A model generated the notes under the pieces. It saw only the letters and a program-made list of their open reading frames with translations, did no database searches and had not been told where the DNA came from. A program made the position numbers and the translations under genes. From Chiloscyllium plagiosum (Eukaryota): a DNA stretch of 64,000 bases. This document shows positions 52,496 to 64,000 of the stretch, piece after piece. Where the stretch lies: assembly GCF_004010195.1 (NCBI RefSeq), contig NC_057726.1, forward strand, positions 61,731,835 through 61,795,834, in the 5' to 3' direction. The stretch's first letter is position 1, and every line of letters starts with the position of its first letter.

Positions 52496-55400
52496 TTATC
52501 TTCATCAGAGCTGAAAGTTATCATCAACATTGCTATCAGGCGAAACTTGTATAACAATAATCTACTCAAAAAGGTTTTATTTGAGTTTCATCAAATTTAC
52601 TCGACCTCTGAGCACATGACAATCTTTGTCCAAACATCGTCCAAGAGCCAGAGGTGAGATAAGAGTTACTTCCCTTGACGCAAAGACAGCTATGGACCAG
52701 ATATGGTCCCAAATGAAGCCTCAAAAACATAATCAATGGGAATCAAATATTATGGAGTGGGGATAGAGGTAGAAATAACTCTCCAATAGCTCTAGAGTTA
52801 TATCTGGCACAGGGAAGATAATGTTTTTTTTTTGGCTGTCAATCATTTCAGAGCCGAGGACATTACTGCAGGATAACAGGAGGGCGGTGTTCTGTCCCAA
52901 CCATCTCACCTCCTTCATAATGATCTTCCCTGCAGCATAAGTAAAAGGTGCATGCGTTTACCGACGATTATACAATCTTCATTCCTGGTTCCTCAGAAGC
53001 TGAATTAGGACATGTTCAGGCACAGAAAACTAAAACGCCACACCGTACTGGGCTGATAAGTGGAAGCAACATGCACACCACGGAATTGCGGTCTGATTCA
53101 CTAATGTCCATCAAGAAAGAAATCTGTTTTCGTTATGTGCTCTGGTCTACCCGTAACTGCACACCCACAGAAATGTGGTTTACTCTTAATTGTCCTTCGG
53201 AATAGGCAATAATTGCTTGTTTGTTTTGACAACAGTCAAGAATGTTTGCATGGTTGACGTTGGGATACTTCTAATTCCAGATTTGTATCAGCCTCTAACA
53301 TCCAATTGAGGGACAACGGTCACAAATAAAAAAAAAACTTGTAGCACGTTTTCTGTGAAAAAAAATTATAGACAGATCTATTGGTGCAAAGAGTTCATTT
53401 ATTGCTTCGCTCGTTCCACCTCACATCTTTGTTCATTTAATTCTGTCATTTTAACTTACGTCCAGCCTCTAGTTAAATGGATCTAAACTACTTAGTGCAG
53501 CCATTTCGCCTGAGTTCCATTCTTCCAACAACTGAAAAGAGGATGTGGTGAAAGAGCAATACAAATCGGAGGGAAGAAGGTTTGGTAGCGGTCCAGGCAT
53601 ATGCAAGGAGTTTTCATTTTCGAGGAAACAACTTTAGCGCTACCTGTTGACGACTGGGCGACAGAGTATGAGACTGCGTGAATTAATTAGCTTTTATTCT
53701 ATTCAACGTTTTCTGTATGTTGTACAAAATCGTGAATTTACACAATAATATGGAATAATCTAAATCCGACAGTGAGACAGTAAGCCATTCGTCCCGTTGG
53801 AGTTCATTTTTCAGAGTGAACGCACTGGGCGTTTGTTAAACATAGAGCTGGCAGAACGCATTTCGAGAAGGTTGTTTGGCAGGTATAGGGCTTGAAATAC
53901 ATTTTTTAAAAATTCGGTCATTTTAATTCGATCGAGAAAATGGAAGGTTGAGCACGCCGTTACACGGGCTCAACCTCTAACCACAAGTTTTTCCATTCTC
54001 TTCAATCATAAGGAACGTTTATTTTTAAAAACAATTTGCAAACTTTCAAATTTGAGCAGCGATAATCGCGCATCAGAAACATAAATCGAAAATAGATGCT
54101 TGGATGGTCAGGACTCTCCATCAACGTGGAATGCGTTACAAATAATCGTAGCATTTAGATTAGGAGCAAGTCAAAGCCGGGGCACTCACACATATTAGCA
54201 AAACCACAGAGACACACGCACACGGCACGTCACTTTTATATAGCGCCTGCAACCGAATAAATTATCAAGGCAATTGACAGGGAACATTACAGACTGGGCA
54301 AAGTGATTTATTGGTGAAAATAGCATGGGCAAAGAGGAAGGTTTTAAAATGAGAGACAAAAACAGACTTAGTTCAGGATCAGTTACTAGAGATGAGCGAC
54401 CGTGTAGTTCAAACATGGCCGCCAAAGGTGGAATGCAGAAAACTCGACTTGAACAAGAGAACAGAATTGTAACAGAGACAATGTCCTCGATTGGAGGAAT
54501 TTAAACCATTAAGGATATTTCAAAAGAAAGATGTTACAGATTGCAAAGGCAAAGTGGCTCAATGAATAGGAAACAATGAATGAATCAGACGGGGACGGTG
54601 ATACACTATAACATAAACTAAAAATCAAACACATAAAAATGAGGGTGCAGTCATAAAACTGGTTCGCCACAAGTTCAGAAACGCCTACAAATAAAAAAGA
54701 GTTATATTTATAATCACTGGAGTCAAGATGTTCCAAAGCACTTTTAAGCAAATCAGGTAAATTTTTCACATATCAAGATCATGTGAGCTTTTGCCCTTCT
54801 GCACCACGGGGTGTTTCTGTTCTCCTGAGCTCACCGTTGTATGCCAGCCGTTGATCAGATGGTAACACACTACTTCTGGTTGAAGAAACGTTTGGCAAGA
54901 CCTACAAGACTAGAGCAGCAGATATTTCGGTTGATATTCCAGTGCTGGACTGAACAAATTCAGCAAGTACTGTTGTCTGAGGAGCTGTTTTTCGGATGCA
55001 ATGTCAAACCAAGTTCTCAACCACCTCTTGGGTGAATTTCTGGGAGAATGTGAAAGCTCTGATGACACTACTTTGAAGTACAGTTCAGAAGTTAACCCGA
55101 GTATCTTCAACTCTTATCATTTACTCAGCATCACATGAGCAAAGGTTTACCTGGTTATTACTTGCTTGCTAATTTGGGAAGGTTGCAGCGCTCGAATTCG
55201 CTGTGGTGCTTCCTACCTCACAACTGGGACTGCACTAACTTACCTATATAAAAAAAGTTAGCTGTAACACGGGGTGTCTACCAACACCCTCGAGGTTTTC
55301 ACGGAAAGGTAGACACCACGGGGCGTGGAGTGTTTATTCCTCCCACCAATTCTATTTTGATTTTGTTCCTACCTTCCCCTTTCACGTTTTGATCACGCAA

Positions 55401-57419
55401 CGTTGCCCTTTGATGAGAAGTGCACTGCTTGTAACTGGCCACTCTGGTGTTTCCTTTCTTCCGGTTGGTGGAAAATGAATAAAGATTTATGCACCTGTTG
55501 TCTTTCACTGTGTCTCACACCTGCACACATACAACATGGGTGTTGCGGGGGAGGAGGAAAAAAAGAGAGAAAAAAAACCAGGAAGGTCAGACACCCTGTC
55601 ACTCTGAGAGCTGTCTAAAGAAAAGTTACCTGTAGTCACTTTGGGAATCCCAGTGAGTCTGAAAAGAGCGATATGAATATTTTTTCTGTAACCAAGCATT
55701 AGCCCAATGTCAAAGAGGTTGGCATTTCACTGTCAGGTAGTAAACTCGAAAGTTTCCTTTGGCTGTTATGTCTCCTGGAATACCGTGTTCTCTGGTAATT
55801 TCCGAAAAACTTGAAAATCATTTTAATGTCTTCACTGAATGATAAAGCGCTATTTCCTTGTGAGATCGTATTGGTCTGTGGATGTCCCCGGTGTACATGC
55901 ATGCGATATCTTGCCTCATTCTTTACTTCACAATGAATGGCATTATTTTCAATTTGTGAATTATGGTTTGTCTACTAAAGGAAATTCACTGATTTATTGC
56001 AAAACAATGATGTATTGTGGTCATAATCGTGTGTCGAACCTTTAATAAATAAACATGTTCAAAAATATATTAAAAACCAGTAAATGAAGTTGACTGTGAA
56101 TCTGAAGAGAAACATGTGACAATTGGCAGATGTATGCCTCTCCGCTACGTAATGATAAGCACTGGAAAACAATTTTAACTTTTAAGTTGGCTCCTAGGCG
56201 CGTTGTTTAGTAGAATTCCACTTCCAGTTTCCGCGTTATCCTTCCGCTTGCCAGGCATTTCGTGATCTTTGGGGTAAAGCTGTGTTGTTCTGCACAGGAT
56301 ATTTGTCGAAGTGGGTGGACGGGACATTCATTCAATCAAGTCAATCTCCAGATGAATAGGTCAAAATATGAAAGAAACAGGAACAGAAATTTTTGAAAAA
56401 ACACAGCAGGTCTGGCGGTATTTGTGGAGAATAAAATGAATTAACGATTCGTGTTCAGTGAATCTTCTTTAGAACTGAAATTATTTTATGTTTGATATGT
56501 TTGTTATTCTAGAAGTAAGATATTTCACCTTACTTGTGAATATATCCTGGCAAATAATGTAGCTGATTAATGTTTGAGCTTGAATTTTATCGGATCTTTT
56601 GATATGTACAACAGTAAATATGCATGCCATTTGCAGAAAGAACAATCTGCAGACCATGAAACTTCAAAATGAAAAGCAATACTAAATGCGTACTACTTGG
56701 CCTTCAAGGTATAAATGAAGATTTTATTGTGAGAATAAAGACAACTAATCAGGCATATTTAGAATTTGCAAGGGTAAAGTGGTCTTGATCTTTGAAGTTA
56801 AAGAAAAATTTTGAGAACATGAGGGAAATCATAATTATGCAAAAATTCCAAAGCTGATATCTGCACTTAAGACTGATTTGGAAGAGCATCAAGTATCCAA
56901 TATCAGTGCGCAGATGCACATTTACTAGGCAAAAGTGATGGATGGAATTGGACCATGATTAAATGAATGGAATCACATGTATTGTAGCTGATCAGTAAAT
57001 TGAAATGATACAGTGCCGATGTGAAACGAGTATGAAAATCAAAGTTTGTAGCATTCGTTTGAGATGTGCCTTTCGCGTGGGAGAAGTGTGTTTCCTTGCG
57101 TATGCATGAAGCTTTTAAGTGCCTCTGTCGGGTTTTGTCCATTGCAGTGAATAAAACAAACCACACATTGCAGCAGGCGAACTCAGTCCCATATGGTTCA
57201 CAACATGCAGTGTGTGGGAAATCTTGGGTGCTCCTGCCAATCTCGATGACGACATCTGATCAGCTTGAGCACTAGACTTTGGAGCTTAAGCATCAGCTGG
57301 AGACATAACACCCATTCACAAATTTGAGAGTTATACGGATAGAAATGGTTACACCGAAGCCTAAAAACATGCAGTCAGGGAGGAAATGGATGATCATCAT
57401 GCAGAAGTAGGCTGGTAGA

Positions 57420-58900
57420 TCAGGAAATCCCCAGAACATATCTCACTCAAGATTACATTTTCTGTGTTAAAAACGGTGAGAGTGCAATGAAAGCCCAGCT
57501 GCATAAGGAAAGAATGAGCGAGAGAGAGTACAATAGTAGTAGGAGATTGAATCATTAGAGCTACAGACAGGCAATTCTTCACTCATGGAGTGATTCCATG
57601 TTGATGTGTTGCCTTTCTGTAGGCAGGGCTAAGACTGTCACTTGAACTACAACAGTACCAACATAAGTAGGGAGTGGTTTGCTAGTATGTTTGATGGGTA
57701 TTTACACTAATGTGCTCGGGAGATGGGATATAGAGAGGAGGTACATAGGGGGATGACCAGACAGGTATAGAACAATAATTAAATCCGTCCAGAAAGCAAA
57801 TATAATCAAGTATATGTACATGGAACCGTGGGAGGCCTGAATGTCATTTATTTTGATGCAATGGCTGTTGTGAGTAAGGCAGTCAAGTTCATTGTGTAGG
57901 TTAAAGCATGAGGACATGGCTATAATGGAGACATTGCTGAGTTAAGGGTGGGATAGCTATTCAATATTCTTTAAAGAATCTTTAAACAAGATAGCGGAAG
58001 GGGCTGGAAGAAAGGAGGTGGAATTGCAACATTGGTCAAAGGTTCCATTTTTGTAATAAGGAGGAATGATGCCTGAGAATGGTAGTTAAATGTGTCCATA
58101 TAGATGGTACGTAAAAAACAAATGTGTTCAAATAGGAGGTACTTAGATAAAAGGGGTAAATCTCTTTGTCTGGGTGTACTATAAATCCTAATCAATCACG
58201 GAGAAATAGAAAGTCAAATATGCAGGCAAATCTCACATATTTGCCAAAATGTTTTTGGAAATAGTAGGAGGGCATTTCAACTTCGACAATTAACTGGGGT
58301 AGAGGAAAGGCTTAGAGCATGTGGATTTCTTAAAATGTGTTCATGAGAGCTTTTCAAGCCAACACATAGAGGGTTGGGATGGGACTAGCTGCTGCTGGCT
58401 TGTTTCACTTAACATTCGGGGACAAAGCTAGACAGTGGGGCAGCATTTTAGTGATCGTGACCAACATTCAGTAAGAATTAAATAAATTATTGATAAGGAG
58501 GGGATGGCTTGGAAGAAACGTCTTTGTCACACCAAGTGTCTCAGTGGACTGGAGGATGGTTTTATTCAAGAAGGGATAAACCAGGAAATTTCAGGTCAGG
58601 CTAACATGTGTTCAGGAAAGTATTGGGAAAAATGCTGAATAACAAAATTAAATTCCACTTGTGGAGGCAAGGATCAAATACGGATAGCTAACGTGGCTTT
58701 GTTTGGAGGAGACTATTTCTGGCAAATTTGAATCAGATTTTCGAGGATGTGACCAGGTGTGTAAATGGGGGCAGTGCAGGTCTGTGGTCTACTTGCAATT
58801 CAGAAAGGTGCTTGACAAGATCTTGTATGGGAGACTAGTTGAAAAGCTAAGAGTCCTTGATTTTACAGGGCAGTTAACATGTGATAAGGATAATTACGTA
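57420..58900 (+). mobile_element. Highly decayed CR1 5' portion (ORF1 esterase, endonuclease and partial RT)
   Basis: gtagtaggagattgaatcattagagctacagacagg (VVGD*IIRATDR), tgtgttgccttt, and ttcagaaaggtgcttgacaag RT-like remnant. Confidence 0.6.
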
Positions 58901-59572
58901 AGCTAGGAATGATAATTAGAACAGATGTCTACTGAGTGTGATAAAAGAAATAGGTAGAAAAATATCAGAATAATTGGAGAATGAATTAATGGATTTTTTG
59001 AGGGGAATCTTCTGAATTTAAGGACTTACTGGCTATTTTGACCATCTCTTGGAGGAAAAGGAATAACCTTACATGCACATCAATGTCTGAGCACATTTGA
59101 TAACGTAATACCTGTATTGATAACAGCATGAGTTTTAATTGCTCCTAGTTATGTTAAGACTATCAAGCTGGTTGTTCATGCCAGTGAAATCACTTTGGAT
59201 TCCACTTTATTTTCCACTCATTTTAAGTACGTGTCAATTGAAATGCTGGATGGTGGGAAATAGACTGAACTTAGTTTTTGCTCGAAAACATTTGGAAATC
59301 TATATATCCAACTACACTGATAATTATTGGCATGAATCATAAGTATTTGGCTTTTTATAGTTGAATTTTATAATACAGAAACCGATGGTCTATTAGCACT
59401 TTGAGTATTTCTCCGAACAGAAAAGCAGTAATTTGGTTTAGTTTTTGTCAGTACAAGCTGTCAGACCTGCCAATAGTCTATAAATGTTTTGGATTTTAAC
59501 TAAACACGAGACTGGAAGAACACAGCAAACCCAGCAACATCAGAAGGTGCAGAAGTTGCGCTTCGGGTGTAA

Positions 59573-59768
59573 GCTTAAAAATGTGTTGCTGGAAAAGCGC
59601 AGAAAGTCAGGCAGCATCAAAGAAACAGGAGAATCTTCAGGAAGAAGGGCTTATGCCAGAAACGTCGATCCTCCTTCTCCTTTGATGCTGCCTGACGTGC
59701 TGCGCTTGTCCAGCAACACATTTTTAAGCTCTGACCTCCAGCATCTGCAGTCCTCACTTTCTCCTAGT
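59573..59768. mobile_element. Palindromic Penelope-derived pLTR pair inserted into an older pLTR
   Basis: Inverted arms. 11-bp TSD ttcgggtgtaa at 59562-59572 and 59769-59779. Confidence 0.75.
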
Positions 59769-60384
59769 TTCGGGTGTAACCCTTCTTTGGGACTGGGGAT
59801 GGGTTTGGGGGAAGCTGCAGACAAAGGCAGAGGGGGGATCAGAGTGGTGAAATGGGGATAGGTGAAGACAGGTAGAGTGTACGACCAAGTTGGTCAATGG
59901 ACGGAATGAACCTATGACCTGATTGGTCAATGGGTTTTTCTTAAAGTTCAGTTAGAAAACATCAATGAAGCTTGCATTATCTGTACCTCTCATGCAGTGA
60001 TTAATGAGAAGAATGACACCTGGTGAATGTTATGAAGAAGACGTGCATTGGATTTAATCAGTTCAGTAAGAAATTTAGATATTAAGATTAGAGTGTAGTT
60101 TGTTGGCATTGAGTATCTGTAAAGGATATTGCTGGGAAAAGGGTTGAAACTTTCTTTTTGCTATTTCCGTGAAGATCATTCTAAGTGGCTACACATATAC
60201 TTTTGCTTTTCTTTCTTTATTATGTGTATGTTTTTTTTTGTTAAAAGGTTCATGAGACATCTCATATGTTTAGTGACAAATATGATTATGAAACTTGAAA
60301 TATAAAACTGAGGATCTATCAAGCCAGGTTTTACTCTGAGATCCGTATTATGCAGTCTTATGCAGTGACGACTCCAGGTCCTGA

Positions 60385-62880
60385 AGATCAGAGTCGAGAG
60401 TGTGGTACTGGAAAAAAGCCAGCTGGTCAGGTAGCATCTGAGGAGCAGGAGAATTGATGCTTTGAGTATAGGTTCTATATCAGTAATGAGGTTTGTCAGC
60501 TAAGGAGGCTGAGAGATGAATGGGAAGGTGTGGGCTGAGGGAAAAGTATCTGAGAAAGCCTTAGGTAGATGGATGTGGGGGTGAAAGTGGTAATTTGTAG
60601 AGGAGGGCGGACTGGATAAGTGGGAAGGACGATGGACAGGTAGGAGAGGTCAAGAGGGCAGTGCCGAGTTGGAAAGTTGGATCTGGGATTGGGTGAGTGG
60701 AGAGTAAATGAGACATTGGTGAAACCCACGTTGATCTCATGTGGTTGAAGGGTCACAAGACGGAAGATGAGGCATTCTTCCTCCAGGAATCAGGTGGCAA
60801 GGGTTTGGTGATGAAGGAGGCCCAGGACCTGCATGTTCTTAGGGGTGTGGGCAGAGGTGTCAATGTGGTTGGCTATGAGGCGGTGGATTTTTTTCATGCG
60901 GGTGTCCCAGAGATGTCCTCTGAAGCATTCTGCAAATGCTCATCTTGTCTCCCCAATATTTAGGAAACAACATTGGGAGCAACGGATACAGTTGATGACT
61001 TGTGTGGAATTACAGGTAAAGCTCTATCGTGTGGAAGGGTCCTTTGGGACCTTGGACAGAAGTAAGGGGGGGGGGGCGAGTATGGGCGCAGGTTTTGCAA
61101 TTCTTGCAGTGACAGAGGAAGGTGCTGGAATGGGAGGGTGGGTTGGTTGGGGAGGCGTCAACCTCTCAAGAGAGGCACTGAGGGAATGATGTCTTCACAA
61201 TGCAGATGGGGCTAGGGAAAGAAATATGTCCTTGGTGGTGGCGTCTGGTTGTATCTGGCGGAGATATTGGAGGATGGTATGGTGTATCTGGAGGTTGGTG
61301 GGGTGGAAGGTGAGGGTCAGGAGTTTCTGTCTTTGTTGCGGTTGGAGGGGTGGGCTTTGAGGGCGGAGGTGTGGGGAGTGGAAGAGATGCACTGGAGGGC
61401 ATCATCGACCATATGGGAGAGGAAATTATGGTCATTAACGAAAGAGACTATTTGGCATGTTCTGTGGTGGAATTTGTCCTCCTGGTAGTAGATGTGGCAG
61501 AGACCGAGGAATTGGCTATAAGGGGTAGTGTTTTTACAGGAGGCAGGATGGGAGGAGGTGTAGTTCAGGTAGCTGTGGGAGTTGGCGGGTTTGTAGTAGG
61601 TGCCAGTGTTGAGTCAGTCACCGTTAGTGGAGATGGAGAGGTCCAGGAAGGGGAGGGAGGTGTCTAAGATAATCCAGGTGAACTTAAGGTCGGGGAGGAA
61701 TGTGTTACTGATATTGATGAACTATTCAACTTCCTCGTGAGAACACGAGGTGGTGCCAATACAACCATTGTTGTAGCAGAGGGAAAGGGAGGAAATGGTG
61801 CCAGTGTAGCTGTACAAGATGGACTATTCCACGTACCTGACAAAGAGAAAGGCATAGCTGGGGCCCAAGTGGGTGCCTGTGGCCACCCCATTGGTCTGAA
61901 GGAAGTAGCATGATTAAAAGGAGAAATTATTGAGGGTGAGGACCAGTTCCTCCAGACGAATGAGAGGGTTGTGGTGGGATGACGGGAGAGGAAGGATTGG
62001 AGGGCTTGGAGGCCTTCGTCATGGCAGATAGATGTGAACAGGGATTGGATGTCCATTTTGAGGATGAAGTGTTGCGGGCTGTGGAAACGAATGTCATGGA
62101 GGAGGTGAAGTACATGGATGGTGTCCCGAACATAGGCGGGAAGTTCCTGTACCAAGGGGGCAGGACAGTATCAAGATATGTGGTGGGGCAGGAACAGGTT
62201 GAGATGACAGGTCAACTGGGGCAGTTAGCTTAATCGATTTTGGGTAGGAGATAGAACCAGGCAGTGCAGAGTTTCTGGACAATTAAATTGGAGGCTGTGG
62301 GTGGGAGAACCCCTGAGGTGATATGGTTGTGTATGGTCTGGGAGATGATGGTTTAGTGATAGGAGGTGAAGTTATGGTCAAGGGGGCAGTAGGAGGTGAT
62401 GTCTGTCAGTTGGCACCTGGCTTCAGTGGTGTAGAGGCCAGTGCGCCAAACTACCACTGCCCCACCCTGCCTGCTGGTTTGATGCTGAGCTTGGGGTTGG
62501 AAGGGAGGGAGTGGGCAGCTGTGCATTGTGAGGGTGAACAGGTTGAAGTGGTCAATGTCCTACCAGCATTGGAAATAAAGAGATCAAAGGCGGGTAACAG
62601 GCCAGCACAGGGTGTCCAGGTGGATGAGATGTGTTGGAGGTGGAAGAAGGGGTCTCTGCTGGTTAGCTCTGTTCTTCCTTCCCACCTGTCCACTCCACCC
62701 TCCTCTCCAACGTATCACCTTCACCCCTACCTCCATCCAATTATTGCATTCACAGCTGTCTTCCCACCTGTTCCACTCCCCTCCCATTTATCTCTTAGCC
62801 CCCTTGGCCCACAAGCCTCATTCCTGATGAGTAGCTGATGTTCGAAACATCAATTCTCCTGCTCGTCAGATGCTGTCTGT
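60385..62880 (-). mobile_element. Penelope-like (Neptune-type) element: RT and GIY-YIG remnant on -, inverted pLTR on + at the right end
   Basis: ORF 61664-62155 contains ELPAYVRDTIHVLHLL..ILKMDIQSLFTSICHDEGLQAL (PLE RT). pLTR-like ends at 60385-60600 (-) and 62670-62880 (+). Confidence 0.85.
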
Positions 62881-63360
62881 ACAGTCTTACTGTCAGTAGT
62901 TTTCATAACAATAGCCCATCCAAACCCCAAAGCTAATACTAGGTATGAACCTTAATGTGCTGTTATTAATTCTATTAATTTAATCCTTAATCCCAAAACA
63001 TCGTGTTAACCCTATCCTTAAAACTAAGGAGTCATTGATAGCATACGTAACAGGGTAAGTGTCCGGGGTCTTGATGTCCCCATTACATAAATTGGCCGGG
63101 GTCAATAGTCATTCACAGAAGGTCAACTTCCTCTTGGCAACTATTTTTCACTACGATATTGATAAATGTTTGTGCAACCATAGCGTTATAGGATGCGGCA
63201 TATGATTACTTTCAGACATAACATTTGGCAAATGCATTGTCACTGAAAGAAATAGATGATCATGCATTTGTACTTAGTAAAGCTTCCTACCATTGTGATC
63301 TCTCCCCTGCCACATGTGGGTCTGTTGTAGACTAATTGCTTGAGATTAACTTTCATGTTG

Positions 63361-63588
63361 GAGAAAGTGAGGACTGCAGATGCTGGAGATCAGAGCTTAA
63401 AAATGTGTTGCAAGAAAAGCGCAGCAGGTCAGGCAGCATCAAAGGAACAGGAGAATCGACGTTTCGGGCATAAGCCCCTCTTCAGGAAAGCCCTTTGAAA
63501 TTGAAATTTCATTCCTGAAGAAGGGCTTATGCCTGAAACGTCGATTCTCCTGTTCCTTTGATGCTGCCTGACCAGCTGCGCTTTTCCA
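63361..63588. mobile_element. Palindromic Penelope-derived pLTR pair with a perfect 16-bp TSD
   Basis: Arms carry hammerhead motifs at 63458-63486 (-) and 63515-63542 (+). TSD attaactttcatgttg at 63345-63360 and 63589-63604. Confidence 0.88.
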
Positions 63589-64000
63589 ATTAACTTTCAT
63601 GTTGACTCGATAACACCATTATGATGCAATGATAAGGGCATTGCAAGGGAGATCAGATGTACTTTAATCTTTTTGCCGAGAAACCACCCAAACTGCAAAC
63701 AGAATAGAGGAATGTCACATAGTAGTCAGTCTATGATTGGTTTCCCCAAATGTAGAAAAGGCCACATTATGTGCAGTAATTCAGAATACCAGTTGATAGA
63801 AATACAGGCAAGTTGTTATTTGACGAGCAGTCAGTCATAAGTTTGCTTCTTATATTAATGAAAGAACACCAAAATGTCTTTTGAATGATTACAGATAGAA
63901 ATAAAAAAAGCACACACACAATTTGATCTGGACTTGCGCTATTGAGTTGAACTGACTTGTGAAAATCATGGCTCCCCAAAGATTATAATCACAAAGACAT

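Noticed and set aside
54230-54250. TATA-box-like ggcgctatataaaag on the minus strand
   Set aside because: It resembles the 3' tail of old L2/SINE-type repeats, and there is no supporting downstream exon.

Overview
Eukaryotic, repeat-dense vertebrate DNA, almost certainly a shark/cartilaginous fish (inferred from HE1-type tRNA-derived SINEs, abundant CR1 LINEs and Penelope-like elements). One host gene can be reconstructed by hand on the minus strand: a 7-exon, 352-aa type I Ig-superfamily receptor (CDS exons 28251-28200, 17030-16725, 14460-14164, 12756-12658, 12055-12012, 11162-11052, 7078-6929; all GT-AG and phase-compatible, 1059 nt open). It has a leader, a germline-joined VJ-type V domain, a C1-set domain, an uncharged TM and a SIRPalpha-like tail with tyrosine motifs. 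The last two tail exons are ungapped duplicates, and the first copy has lost its ITIM tyrosine. The rest of the window is mostly transposon debris: CR1s, a Gypsy remnant, HE1 SINEs and Penelope-like elements. The Penelope-like copies carry minimal hammerhead-ribozyme motifs (one as a cis tandem pair) and repeatedly form inverted insertions bounded by 11-19 bp target-site duplications. Most ORFs in the supplied track are repeat-derived or spurious. Two N gaps sit at the centres of inverted repeats.
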